From Candidatus Nanopelagicales bacterium (GTDB lineage Bacteria > Actinomycetota > Actinomycetes > S36-B12), in NCBI GenBank assembly GCA_044240195.1, contig JBIHZX010000003.1:918-64917 (forward strand): 64,000 nucleotides of DNA. Reading direction: 5' to 3'. A program made the translations under genes and the position numbers. The notes beneath the pieces were generated by a model. It worked only from the letters and a program-made list of their open reading frames with translations. It did not search any database and was not told the origin of the DNA. The stretch's first letter is position 1. The number at the start of each line of letters is the position of its first letter. Positions 32,801-41,687 of this stretch are shown in pieces.

Positions 32801-33435
32801 TTACCGGCACCAAAAATGTCCCGGTAATCTGCTGCAGTTGCTAAAGCCTTTTTATATTGCCCCGCTTGGAGCCAGCGATTTACTTCACCACTCGCGCACC
32901 CGGTTGTGCCAATGAGACCCTTGCCGTAACGGTCTAAAAGCTCGCGATCAAATCGTGGCTTGTGGTAGTAGCCCTCAATGCTGGCCAAGGATGAGAGCCG
33001 AAAAAGATTATGCATGCCAACAGTGTTTTCTGCCCAGAGGGTCATGTGCGTGTAACTGTGCTTGCCACGACCCGCCCCCGGATCTTCTGGGGCTCCCTCG
33101 TCGAAGCCACCGCCAAAATCAAATGGAGTGCGCTCAAAACGGCCTTGAGGTGCGTAATAACCTTCAAGTCCAATGATCGGCTTTACCCCGTACGCTTTAC
33201 CCATTTTCCAGAAGTCGTAGGCACCATAAAGGTTGCCGTGATCCGTCATGGCAATTGCGGGCATACCTTGCTCTTTCGCCGCAGCAAAAAGGTCATCAAG
33301 TTTCGAGGCCCCATCCAGCATCGAGTACTCGGTGTGCACATGAAGGTGAACGAAATCGCCCTTGCCCACGGACTCACTCACGCAATCACCCTTATCAAAA
33401 TCACAATACGTTTGCTGAACAACCATTTGCGTCAA
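29836..33435 (-). CDS. dnaE: DNA polymerase III alpha subunit (DnaE1)
   Basis: 1199-aa ORF with the PHP motif FVHLHVHTEYSMLDGA and polymerase core motifs. The start is ambiguous: TTG at 33435, ATG at 33426, or GTG at 33381, which lies behind AAGGGTG and 9 aa before FVHLH. Confidence 0.95.
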   Translation of the reverse strand: MTQMVVQQTYCDFDKGDCVSESVGKGDFVHLHVHTEYSMLDGASKLDDLFAAAKEQGMPAIAMTDHGNLYGAYDFWKMGKAYGVKPIIGLEGYYAPQGRFERTPFDFGGGFDEGAPEDPGAGRGKHSYTHMTLWAENTVGMHNLFRLSSLASIEGYYHKPRFDRELLDRYGKGLIGTTGCASGEVNRWLQAGQYKKALATAADYRDIFGAGNFFAEIMDHGLAIERNFMPDLIKISKALDLPLIATNDMHYVNESDADTHDVLLCIGTRTTLDDPKRFKFDARDFYLKSAAQMRDLWSEFPEACDNTLLIAERCDVEFSEGANLMPRADIPAGESEDSWLVKEVEIGLARRYPTGIPDKVRTQAEYELGVISQMGFPGYFLVVADLVQHAKNNGIRVGPGRGSAAGAMIAYALGITDLDPIEHGLLFERFLNPERISMPDIDIDFDERRRSDMIRYATEKYGEERVAQIVTYGSIKAKAAIKDSARVLGLPYSVGDRITKAMPPSVMGKDITLKGAFDPSDSRYSEAAEFRALYASDPEVQTVIDTAKGLEGLKRQPGVHAAGVILCSEPLMDVIPVWKREQDGAIITQFDMGACESLGLLKMDFLGLRNLSVLDDCLENIKRNTGDEVVLETLALDDKMAYELLSRGDTLGVFQLDGGPMRSLLRSMAPDNFEDISAVLALYRPGPMGANAHNDYADRKNGRKPVVPIHPELEGPLSEILGDTYGLIVYQEQVMAIAQQLAGYSLGKADLLRRAMSKKKKEILEQEFVPFSEGMSERGFSDPAINKLWEVLVPFSDYAFNKAHTAGYGLVSYWTAYLKANYPAEYMAALLTSMADDKERSAIYLNECRRMGIKVLPPDVNDSDANYTPRGTDIRFGLTAIRNVGTNVVDSVIATRNKVGRFSDFHDFIAKVDIAVCNRRVVESLVKAGAFDSLGHTRKGLIAVHEQIIDAAVDIKRSEAIGQFDLFGGLEVDADVSLIERPVIGITEWEKSLLLAHERDMLGLYVSDHPLFGMESALAQLSDRSIASVLIDEHLDGQVISLGGLVTSVVRKTTKKGSAWAIVTLEDLEGSLEVMVFPASYASFGTLLVDDSILVIRTKIDRSDDEGVRAIALEVTAPDLSGAPTGPVRLTMSATRCVPPLVARLKNILAQHPGTTEVQLHLTGGTSTTVMKLDDVYRVTPSPSLFGDLKALLGSSCLI

Positions 33436-33497
33436 TCACTTCACTGGAACCACTCAACACATCAGTTTGCACAAGGGGAAGGTGCCGAACTCAATAA

Positions 33498-34424
33498 TCA
33501 AGCGTCGCGCAAAATTCCAAGTGCGCGGGTGAGGTCTTCGCTGTATTCACTTTTCAATTCAATTCGTTCCCCGGTTCGCGGATGATCAAAGCTGAGTTCG
33601 ACCGCATGTAACCACTGACGATCCAGACCTAGTCGAGCCGCTAAAACCGGATCTCCACCGTACATGGTGTCACCAGCAATTGGGTGACGCATCGCGGACA
33701 TGTGGACCCGAATTTGGTGGGTCCTACCCGTTTCAAGGACTACCTGCACCAATGAGGCATGACGGAAGGCTTCCAAGGTCTCGTAGTGGGTAATACTTGG
33801 CTTCCCGTCCTTTGTGACCGCGTACTTGTACTCATGCCCTGGGTGGCGTCCAATAGCTGCATCAACGGTTCCCACAAGTGGATCCAGTAAACCTTGAACA
33901 ACAGCGTGATAAACCTTGTGTACTTCCCTGTTTCGAAATAGGTTCTTCATTCGGGAATAAGAGACTTCATTTTTCGCTACGGCCATGAGGCCCGACGTTC
34001 CGGCATCTAGCCGATGCACGATTCCTTCGCGTTCAGGGGCTCCAGAAGTACTAATGGTGTACCCGGCTGCGGCCAATCCCCCAATAACCGTTGGTCCTGG
34101 CCACCCACGACTGGGATGCGCCGCAACTCCCGCCGGCTTATCAACAACTACTAGGTCTGAGTCGTCATAGATAATCGTCATTCCTGGCACCGGTTCAGCA
34201 ATAATTTCAATAGTCTCTTTTGTGGGTGCCGCATCCAAATCGACATCAATTCGCTGACCTTCAGCAACACGATCGCTTTTCACTAACGGTCGATCAGATA
34301 AGCGGATTGCTCCTGCCTCAATGAGCGCAACAGAAGCGGAGCGGCTGAGACCCAGAAGCCTGGTTAGCGCAATGTCAATTCGCTCCCCCGCTAATCCCTC
34401 GGGAATAGTGAACTCACGGATCAC
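33498..34424 (-). CDS. rluD: RluA-family 23S rRNA pseudouridine synthase (RluD-like)
   Basis: 308 aa with an S4-like N-terminus and the catalytic motif HRLDAGTSGLM. GTGA overlap with the lspA stop. Confidence 0.9.
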   Translation of the reverse strand: MIREFTIPEGLAGERIDIALTRLLGLSRSASVALIEAGAIRLSDRPLVKSDRVAEGQRIDVDLDAAPTKETIEIIAEPVPGMTIIYDDSDLVVVDKPAGVAAHPSRGWPGPTVIGGLAAAGYTISTSGAPEREGIVHRLDAGTSGLMAVAKNEVSYSRMKNLFRNREVHKVYHAVVQGLLDPLVGTVDAAIGRHPGHEYKYAVTKDGKPSITHYETLEAFRHASLVQVVLETGRTHQIRVHMSAMRHPIAGDTMYGGDPVLAARLGLDRQWLHAVELSFDHPRTGERIELKSEYSEDLTRALGILRDA

Positions 34425-34990
34425 GAGTCCAACCCGTCAGGCGCATTCAGGAGAACAGGCTTTCCATCAATGGGTATTCCACGAACCAACAAAATCGCAA
34501 TTCCTATTCCAGAAATCACAATCGACATGTCAGCGATATTGAAAATCGCCCAGTACGGCAACTGGATGAAGTCAACTACGAAACCTTGAAACGGGCCTGG
34601 CGCTCGAAACATTCGGTCAATCAAATTGCCCAGTGAGCCACCGAGCAGTCCGCCAAGAGCCAACGCCCAAGGCAGACTCGCGAGCCTGCGGGCGTACCGA
34701 AAGATGACAAAAACAACGACAAACGCTACCAACGTGAAGAGCCAAGTGATCCCTGAGCCAATTGAGAATGCGGCACCTGTGTTTTCAGCATAGGTGAATT
34801 TCACAAATCCACCCAAGAACTCAATGGGTCCTTCACCCGAAGTCCGGCGTGGGAGTAAATACTCCTGTGCCAGGAACTTGGTCAATTGGTCAATACCAAT
34901 GATGAGGAGAGCGGTTACGCCAAAAACAGTCAGGTCACGCCGGTTGCCGCGCCTTTGAAGACCATTAGCGACAGCACTGGGATCGGACAC
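34421..34990 (-). CDS. lspA: lipoprotein signal peptidase II
   Basis: 189 aa, 4 TM segments, with the catalytic Asp motifs NTGAAFS and FNIADMSI. Confidence 0.92.
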   Translation of the reverse strand: MSDPSAVANGLQRRGNRRDLTVFGVTALLIIGIDQLTKFLAQEYLLPRRTSGEGPIEFLGGFVKFTYAENTGAAFSIGSGITWLFTLVAFVVVFVIFRYARRLASLPWALALGGLLGGSLGNLIDRMFRAPGPFQGFVVDFIQLPYWAIFNIADMSIVISGIGIAILLVRGIPIDGKPVLLNAPDGLDS

Positions 34991-35047
34991 GAGAACAGTC
35001 TACGCGAGCACAAGCCAGCACTTACTCGTGCTCTGTTACATACCTCG

Positions 35048-35911
35048 TTAAATGCGCTCTTCAGCAACCTTGCATGACATACACAAAGTTGCCCGAGGGA
35101 AAGCCTGCAGACGCAACTTGCCAATTCCCTTACCGCAAGTGATACAGACACCGTAAGTACGGTCATCTATGCGAGCTAGCGCTTGTCGAACCTGATCCAG
35201 CATGTCTCGAGCATTATTTGCAAGTGACATCTCGTGCTCACGCTCGAAGGTCTTACTTCCCGCATCGGCTTGATCATCGCCTGCGCCGTCACCGGAATCG
35301 CGGATGAGGTCCGCGAGTCCCTGTTCGGTCATGGCGATCTCCTCCAGTAAGCGAGCTTCGTCTTCCTCGAGGGCCTTGCGGACCCGATTTAATTCCACTT
35401 TGGTCCATGCGCTTTCGTCCTCGCGCACAACGATTTTCGGGGTCTTGACTGCGGGCCGAGGTGAAATCACCTTGACGATCCCTGCCGCTTTCTTACCCTT
35501 AGCCGGTGGAGTCGTCACCGGGACCAACTTCTCAAAAACAGTTTTCACTACCGGTTCGGGCTCTACAACTACAACTTCCACTTCGGAAGTTGTCTCCTTT
35601 TTTGCAGTCGCTTTCTTGGCGGAAGCCTTTTGTTCAGGATTAATCGACGCTATTTTCTTAGCGGGGGAAATTTTCTTAGCGGGGGAAATAGGAACGACCT
35701 TCTTTAGGGGCTTAACCGTCGCAACCTTTTTGGCCACGCTCTTTTTTGCAGGGGACTTTTTAGCCGGCGCTTTTTTCGCGGGAGCCTTCTTTACCGGAGC
35801 CTTTTTGGCAATGACCTTTTTAGCAGAAGCCTTTTTGGCAACGACCTTTTTGGCAACGACCTTTTGAGCAGGAGCCTTTTTAGGCTGAATCTTTTTCGCG
35901 ACCAAAATCAC
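35048..35911 (-). CDS. DksA/TraR C4 zinc-finger protein with an N-terminal lysine/alanine/proline-rich histone-like repeat tail
   Basis: 287 aa. Roughly the first 100 residues are (A/P/V)KK(A/V/S) repeats. The C-terminus has a coiled-coil and CITCG-x17-CMSCK. It sits between ileS and lspA. GTG start (alternative TTG two codons downstream) behind AAGGGGG. Confidence 0.85.
   Translation of the reverse strand: MILVAKKIQPKKAPAQKVVAKKVVAKKASAKKVIAKKAPVKKAPAKKAPAKKSPAKKSVAKKVATVKPLKKVVPISPAKKISPAKKIASINPEQKASAKKATAKKETTSEVEVVVVEPEPVVKTVFEKLVPVTTPPAKGKKAAGIVKVISPRPAVKTPKIVVREDESAWTKVELNRVRKALEEDEARLLEEIAMTEQGLADLIRDSGDGAGDDQADAGSKTFEREHEMSLANNARDMLDQVRQALARIDDRTYGVCITCGKGIGKLRLQAFPRATLCMSCKVAEERI
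35653..35689. repeat. perfect 18-bp tandem duplication (ttttcttagcgggggaaa x2) encoding ISPAKK-ISPAKK
   Basis: Read directly from the DNA. It lies within a longer, degenerate AKK-coding repeat tract running from about 35560 to 35900. Confidence 0.9.
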
Positions 35912-36043
35912 CGCCCCCTTAAATCAATAGACTGCCGTGGTGCCCTCATGTGCATATGTGAAAGTGCGCCGGGCGCCGCACGTGCGTATGGTATTGCCCG
36001 AGCGCTAAAGTTACCCACTGCCCCGGACTTAGACAAGCACCTT

Positions 36044-36071
36044 GACGAACATTTTTGAAATTCGTCTTTTT
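36044..36071 (+). other. weak hairpin plus U-run in the ileS leader (GACGAA-N11-TTCGTC-TTTTT)
   Basis: A 6-bp stem with an 11-nt loop, followed by T5, ending 20 nt before the ileS ATG. It is too weak to call a terminator with confidence. Confidence 0.25.
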
Positions 36072-36090
36072 CAGAGAAGAGCACACCAAT

Positions 36091-39000
36091 ATGTACAAAG
36101 TGGTCCCACCCACGGTGAACCTCCGTGATCTGGAACACGAAGTACTCGCTTTGTGGCAGGCCGAGGGTACTTTTGCGGCCTCTATGGCCCAGAGCCAAGG
36201 ACGCCCCGCGTGGACATTTTATGAGGGGCCACCCACCGCCAATGGCGCTCCAGGGACCCATCACATCGAGGCCCGAGCCTTTAAAGACATTTTCCCGCGT
36301 TATCGGACCATGAAGGGCTATCACGTGGTCCGCCAAGCCGGTTGGGACTGCCACGGACTCCCCGTTGAACTCGCCGTCGAGAAGGAGCTCGGGTTTTCCG
36401 GCAAAAAAGATATTGAAAACTACGGCGTGGCCGAATTCAATGCGAAATGCCGCGAATCAGTCGTTCGCCACGTTGATGCCTTTGCCGAACTCACTACCCG
36501 GATGGGATATTGGGTTGACATGGACCGCGCTTACTGGACCATGGATTCCAATTACATCCAAAGTGTGTGGTGGTCACTGAAACAAATATTTAATGCTGGG
36601 CTGCTCGTACAAGACCACCGAGTATCCCCATATTGTCCGCGCTGCGGGACCGGGCTGAGCGACCACGAACTGGCACAGGGCTATGAAGATGTCAGTGACC
36701 CATCCGTTTATGTGCGGTTCCCGGTGAAGGTGGGCGCGCTCGCCGAGAAGTATTCGGATCTGTCCCTACTCGTGTGGACTACGACCCCGTGGACATTGGT
36801 GTCCAATACGGCCGTCGCGGTCAAGCCAACGGCAACCTATTGCGTTCTCGAAAGCGCGGATCAGCACTACATCGTGGCGCAGGACCTGGTTGAAAACTTA
36901 TTCGGTTCGACATTTGATGAAGACGGATCGATCCGTTATCACGTCAAGGAAACTTTTCCCGGTACACAGTTAGAACACATGGCGTATCAGCGACCATTTG
37001 ATTTAATCGATATTCCTGACTCTCACTTCGTGATTCTTGCTGACTACGTCACAACCGGAGACGGCACCGGATTAGTACACCAGGCTCCAGCATTTGGTGC
37101 AGACGACTTGATTAGTTGTCGCGCTTATGGATTACCCGTAGTTAACCCAATTGCACCCGATGGAACCTTCCTGCCGGAGACACCCCTCGTTGGTGGCCAA
37201 TTTTTTAAGAAAGCTGATGCAGCGCTCACCGACGACTTGCGCGAGCGTGGACTCCTTTTTCGCGAGGAATCCTATGAGCACTCGTATCCGCACTGCTGGA
37301 GATGCCACACTCCGCTTATTTACTACGCACAACCCTCGTGGTACATCAAGACAACCGCGATCAAAGACCGACTCATGGCCGAAAATGAGAAGACACATTG
37401 GCACCCCGACACGATTAAATGGGGCCGGTACGGGGATTGGCTCACCAACAATGTCGATTGGGCGCTTTCCCGGAACCGCTATTGGGGAACTCCACTTCCC
37501 ATCTGGCGATGTGAAAACGAGCATTTGACCGTTGTTGAATCCCTCGCAGAATTAGGAGAACTTGCCGGGCAAGAAATCTCAGACCTCGACCCGCATCGTC
37601 CTTTTATCGACGACATAACAATTCCCTGCCCGCACTGTGATGCAACCGCCGTTCGAGTCCCTGAAGTCATTGACTGCTGGTATGACTCGGGCGCAATGCC
37701 ATTTGCTGCCCAGTGGTACCCACAACACAATAAAGAAGACTTCGCCGCCCAATATCCGGCTGATTTCGTTTGTGAGGCCATTGACCAAACCCGCGGCTGG
37801 TTTTACACCTTGATGGCAATCGGAACATTGGTATTTGACGAGTCTTCATATAAAAATGTTGTATGTCTCGGCCATATTCTTGATGAAGATGGTCGCAAGA
37901 TGAGTAAGCACCTAGGTAATGTTCTTGAACCTATCCCCCTCATGGACCAACATGGTGCCGATGCAGTGCGCTGGTTCATGCTTGCAAGCGGTTCCCCTTG
38001 GCAGTCGCGCCGTGTCGGGCACACCGCGATTGCTGACATTGTGCGCAAGAATCTACTCACCTACTGGAATACGGTCTCTTTTCTTTCCCTGTATGCGCGA
38101 AGTGCTCCGTGGTCACCAGCCGACGGTGCGCCACCCGTTGACCAACGACCCATCATGGATCGCTGGCTATTGACGCAAGCCCACTCCTTGAGCGCACAAG
38201 TTGATAACGCACTTGACAATTTTGATACCCAACTCGGCGGGCGCCTCATAACCGAATTTATCGATGATCTTTCCAACTGGTATGTACGTAGAACGCGTCG
38301 ACGATTCTGGGAAGGAGACCCCGCTGCGCTGGCAACATTGCATGAAGCTCTGAAAATTGTCACCCTGTGCATGGCTCCTTACACACCATTTATTACCGAA
38401 CGGGTATGGCAGGATCTTTTTCGCGAAACCCAGTCAGATCTGCCGAACTCAGTTCACCTTGCCAATTGGCCTAGCGAGTCACAGCCTGATTCCCAATTAC
38501 AGTCCCACATGGAACTTGCTCGCAGGGTTACCGAACTCGGACGTTCAGCACGTGCAACCAGTTCAGTGAAAACCCGGCAGCCATTGGGTCGCGCACTCAT
38601 TAGTGCACCCGGTTGGAGTGAACTCTCCGCTGAACTAGTCGCCGAAGTAGCTGAAGAACTAAATGTTCGAGAACTTCTCACCCTTGACGTCTCCGACAGT
38701 GACCTTGTCAATATTTCACTCAAACCCAACTTCCGAACCCTTGGTGCCCGATTTGGCAAACAGACTCCATTGGTGGCAGAACATATTTCACGGCAGGATC
38801 CAACCGAATTGGTTAATACCTTGCGGGATGACGGAAAGGTCGACTACGAAATTGACGGAGTTGACGGAACTTCAACCATTGAGCTATCTGACCTCGTGAT
38901 CACGGAAACACCGGTCGAAGGTTGGGCTGTTGCTTCCGATGCTGGTGAAAGCTTTGCACTTGACTTAGAGATAACGCACGAACTGGCTCTAGCCGGCATG

Positions 39001-39249
39001 GCACGCGACATTGTGCGATCACTCCAAGAAGGACGAAAAAATGCTGGCTTAGAAATCAGCGATCGGATAAATGTTACGTGGAGCTCGGACAACCCGGACG
39101 TTGTTGAGACCCTGAGTATTCACGGAGGTGAGATCTCCAACGAGGTGCTTGCGTTGAGTCTGAACAAGGTCCCGGGGCCTGTAACCGGATTCGTTATCGT
39201 GGGGACCGAAAGTGAAATCGATGCAAACTTTGGAATAGAGAAAGTTTAG
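36091..39249 (+). CDS. ileS: isoleucine--tRNA ligase (long, type-2-like form)
   Basis: ORF 36055..39249. HIGH-region PPTANGAPGTHH, KMSKHLGN, and editing and anticodon-binding domains. The ATG at 36091 (MYKVVPPTVNLRDLE) is preferred over the TTG at 36055. Confidence 0.95.
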   Translation: MYKVVPPTVNLRDLEHEVLALWQAEGTFAASMAQSQGRPAWTFYEGPPTANGAPGTHHIEARAFKDIFPRYRTMKGYHVVRQAGWDCHGLPVELAVEKELGFSGKKDIENYGVAEFNAKCRESVVRHVDAFAELTTRMGYWVDMDRAYWTMDSNYIQSVWWSLKQIFNAGLLVQDHRVSPYCPRCGTGLSDHELAQGYEDVSDPSVYVRFPVKVGALAEKYSDLSLLVWTTTPWTLVSNTAVAVKPTATYCVLESADQHYIVAQDLVENLFGSTFDEDGSIRYHVKETFPGTQLEHMAYQRPFDLIDIPDSHFVILADYVTTGDGTGLVHQAPAFGADDLISCRAYGLPVVNPIAPDGTFLPETPLVGGQFFKKADAALTDDLRERGLLFREESYEHSYPHCWRCHTPLIYYAQPSWYIKTTAIKDRLMAENEKTHWHPDTIKWGRYGDWLTNNVDWALSRNRYWGTPLPIWRCENEHLTVVESLAELGELAGQEISDLDPHRPFIDDITIPCPHCDATAVRVPEVIDCWYDSGAMPFAAQWYPQHNKEDFAAQYPADFVCEAIDQTRGWFYTLMAIGTLVFDESSYKNVVCLGHILDEDGRKMSKHLGNVLEPIPLMDQHGADAVRWFMLASGSPWQSRRVGHTAIADIVRKNLLTYWNTVSFLSLYARSAPWSPADGAPPVDQRPIMDRWLLTQAHSLSAQVDNALDNFDTQLGGRLITEFIDDLSNWYVRRTRRRFWEGDPAALATLHEALKIVTLCMAPYTPFITERVWQDLFRETQSDLPNSVHLANWPSESQPDSQLQSHMELARRVTELGRSARATSSVKTRQPLGRALISAPGWSELSAELVAEVAEELNVRELLTLDVSDSDLVNISLKPNFRTLGARFGKQTPLVAEHISRQDPTELVNTLRDDGKVDYEIDGVDGTSTIELSDLVITETPVEGWAVASDAGESFALDLEITHELALAGMARDIVRSLQEGRKNAGLEISDRINVTWSSDNPDVVETLSIHGGEISNEVLALSLNKVPGPVTGFVIVGTESEIDANFGIEKV

Positions 39250-39530
39250 AGGCCTCGAAAAATCCCGATCAGAATTTGAATACCAATCAGAAGGATCAAA
39301 AACCCTAGATCCAAAGACACCTGGCCCAATCGCAACGGTGGGATAAACCGACGAATCAGTTTCAGCGGAGGCTCAGTGAGGGTGTAAATCCCTTCAACGA
39401 TTACCAGGATGAATCCCGAAGGACGCCAGTCGCGGGCAAAAACCTGAACAAAGTCAAATATCAAGCGACCAATGAGCACAAGAAGATAGAGGAAGAGGAT
39501 ATTGGCGATCCATGCGCCGACCGTATTCAC
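39246..39530 (-). CDS. yggT: YggT-family membrane protein
   Basis: 94 aa, 2 TM segments, in the canonical position after sepF. GTG start. The stop overlaps the ileS stop convergently by 4 bp. Confidence 0.85.
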   Translation of the reverse strand: MNTVGAWIANILFLYLLVLIGRLIFDFVQVFARDWRPSGFILVIVEGIYTLTEPPLKLIRRFIPPLRLGQVSLDLGFLILLIGIQILIGIFRGL

Positions 39531-39548
39531 TATCCCAACCTACCTGAG

Positions 39549-40145
39549 TTAGCTTTGATTGAAGAAACCGTCTTGGGCAACCTGCGCCCGCGCCTGGTCC
39601 CCCACATCAACGTTCACCGGTGAAAGTAAGAAGACCTTATTGGTCACACGCTCAATACTGCCACGGCAACCAAAAACTAGTCCTGCAGCAAAGTCAATAA
39701 TCCGCTTTGCATCACTGTCGTCAAGGTCGCCCAGATTCATGATCACCGGAATGCCTTCGCGGTATTCCTCACCAATGCGACGCGCGTCATTGTAGGAACG
39801 TGGGTGGATCGATTCGATGCGACCGAATTCAAAATTTCGCTGGGGCTGGGGGGACGCTACGACATTGCGACTCGGGAGGTCTTCATCGCGACGAATAGTC
39901 CTGACGCCACGAGGCTCACGAGTTCGAGTCGCTTGTGAATTAGGTGCCGATTCGTAACCGTATTCATCAGCGAACCCACGGGATGAACTGGCCCGATTCG
40001 ACGTTTGGACCCTCGATTCATAGCGCTCAGGTGAGTTTCGAGTACTTCGGGGATCGTCGTAGCCCCCATTCGAGCTTTCATCAGAGTAGGAATCGTCTTC
40101 AACCAACCCGAGATAGACGGCCATTCGGCGGATACCACTAGCCAT
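39549..40145 (-). CDS. sepF: cell division protein SepF
   Basis: 198 aa. N-terminal [18 protein letters not shown] (FtsZ/membrane-binding helix), a disordered linker, and a conserved C-terminal domain (VIMNLGDLD...RIIDFAAG). Confidence 0.92.
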   Translation of the reverse strand: MASGIRRMAVYLGLVEDDSYSDESSNGGYDDPRSTRNSPERYESRVQTSNRASSSRGFADEYGYESAPNSQATRTREPRGVRTIRRDEDLPSRNVVASPQPQRNFEFGRIESIHPRSYNDARRIGEEYREGIPVIMNLGDLDDSDAKRIIDFAAGLVFGCRGSIERVTNKVFLLSPVNVDVGDQARAQVAQDGFFNQS

Positions 40146-40221
40146 TGTCTACCCCCCTATCGTCGAACACGAATAAAAAGTTAATGAACCCACAGCGCAT
40201 AGCCTGACTTTACTGCACACA

Positions 40222-40917
40222 TTACCTCTGGCCGAGGATCGCGCTACCGAGGCGCACTTGTGTCGCACCGGCCGCTATCGCCTGCTCCAAATCTCCTGAC
40301 ATACCGGCTGAAATTACGGTTGCCTGCGGGTGCGAAGCCGTTATTGCGGCTGAGACACCGGCCAGTTGCTCAAAAGCTGCCGTTATGTCGACCCCGAGGT
40401 CAGGATGCGGCCCAACACCCATAACTCCTCCTAATTTCAGGTGCGGAGCTTTCTCCAATTCTTCAAGAAAACCAGGAACGGCATCCTGACTTAGCCCACC
40501 GCGATGTGGGGCATCCAAAGGATCCAAGTTGATCTGAATCAGTACTTGGATAGTCCGCTTGGCCATCGCGGCTGCCCTCTCCAAAGGCGCAATCAGGTCA
40601 ATTCGATCCATAGACTCAACAACGTCGGCCCAACGGGCAATCGAGTTGAGCTTGTTACTTTGCAATTGACCAATCATGTGCCACTGAATCGACCGAGCAC
40701 TATCACACTCAACAACTTTGCGTTTGGCCTCCTGATCGCGATTCTCTCCGAAATTTTTCTGCCCGAGCTCATTGAGGATTACAACATCGGTAGCTGGGTA
40801 TGTTTTTGATACCACCAATAGATCAACAGTTCTACCCTCGCTCGCCGCATCGATGCGTGTGCGAACAGCTTCCATATTGCGCTCAAGTTCATTGCGACGA
40901 ACTATGAAATTTTCCAT
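40222..40917 (-). CDS. yggS: YggS-family pyridoxal-phosphate homeostasis protein
   Basis: 231 aa with the PLP-lysine context LLVVSKTYP and the dcw-cluster position (ylmE). Confidence 0.9.
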   Translation of the reverse strand: MENFIVRRNELERNMEAVRTRIDAASEGRTVDLLVVSKTYPATDVVILNELGQKNFGENRDQEAKRKVVECDSARSIQWHMIGQLQSNKLNSIARWADVVESMDRIDLIAPLERAAAMAKRTIQVLIQINLDPLDAPHRGGLSQDAVPGFLEELEKAPHLKLGGVMGVGPHPDLGVDITAAFEQLAGVSAAITASHPQATVISAGMSGDLEQAIAAGATQVRLGSAILGQR

Positions 40918-41687
40918 TATGACCGCTCCTGATTCTCACGCATTGCAATGATTATTCCTTGGCGCCCGGTCTTTCTATTTTTGCGATACGAAAAAAGGAT
41001 TTCCGGATTCTCAAAGGTGCAGCCTCCAATAACACTCGAGCTGACGTTTTCACAGGCTAATTGGGCTAACACTCCTGCGCGGACATCAATCCCACCCGCA
41101 ACCCTCAACGCGGCCTCCGAAACATCTGCGGGGGTGGAAGTTCTCACTAATTCTCGGCGATCCGGTGAAACGGAATAACACGAGCCACAGATTGCTGGCC
41201 CAACAATGGACTGAATTTCATTCACTCCCCGCAGTCGAAGTTCCGTGATCGTGGCAGTGACGACGCCCGCGACCAAGCCTTTCCATCCGCAATGGACGGC
41301 ACTAATTATCGGTTTCTCATATCCCCGTGATCCATAAAGAACTAATGGGACGCAATCTGCTCCCATGGCTACTAGCCCCAGGTTGCACTCCTCGGTGACA
41401 AGTGAGTCCACACCGATGACCGTCCCTGAATGTTTTACCCGACCAATGCCATTTCCGTGAATTGGCTGCATCAGGGCAAGATCGCGTCCTTGGATCTGAA
41501 CGAGTCCGGCTAACTCTTCACGATTACGCGCGACGGCGTCTGGGTCGTCACCTACCTGATGGGCAAGATTTGCCTGCGAGAATTCACCAACACTGTGGCC
41601 ACCTAAACGACCAGTGACCGCCCAGAAAGCTGGACGGTCACCAGGTGCCACCGGTGTAATAACACCACTGGCAAGGGGAAGGATCAT
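40917..41687 (-). CDS. pgeF: peptidoglycan editing factor PgeF (YfiH/YlmD laccase-domain protein)
   Basis: 256 aa with the conserved motifs ADCVPL and HCGWKG, directly downstream of ftsZ. Confidence 0.88.
   Translation of the reverse strand: MILPLASGVITPVAPGDRPAFWAVTGRLGGHSVGEFSQANLAHQVGDDPDAVARNREELAGLVQIQGRDLALMQPIHGNGIGRVKHSGTVIGVDSLVTEECNLGLVAMGADCVPLVLYGSRGYEKPIISAVHCGWKGLVAGVVTATITELRLRGVNEIQSIVGPAICGSCYSVSPDRRELVRTSTPADVSEAALRVAGGIDVRAGVLAQLACENVSSSVIGGCTFENPEILFSYRKNRKTGRQGIIIAMRENQERS

Noticed and set aside
34991-35047. The inverted repeat GAGCAC-N16-GTGCTC, with flanking AACAG/CTGTT, between the DksA-like gene and lspA, considered as a terminator.
   Set aside because: It has a large loop, an interrupted stem and no U-tract on the transcribed strand. 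The genes are probably co-transcribed.
35912-36090. A possible T-box riboswitch upstream of ileS, expected from other Actinobacteria.
   Set aside because: No correctly placed T-box consensus, specifier loop or antiterminator/terminator pairing could be found by eye. The region is only 179 bp and is shared with a divergent gene. It is kept as an open question in the findings, not called as a feature.
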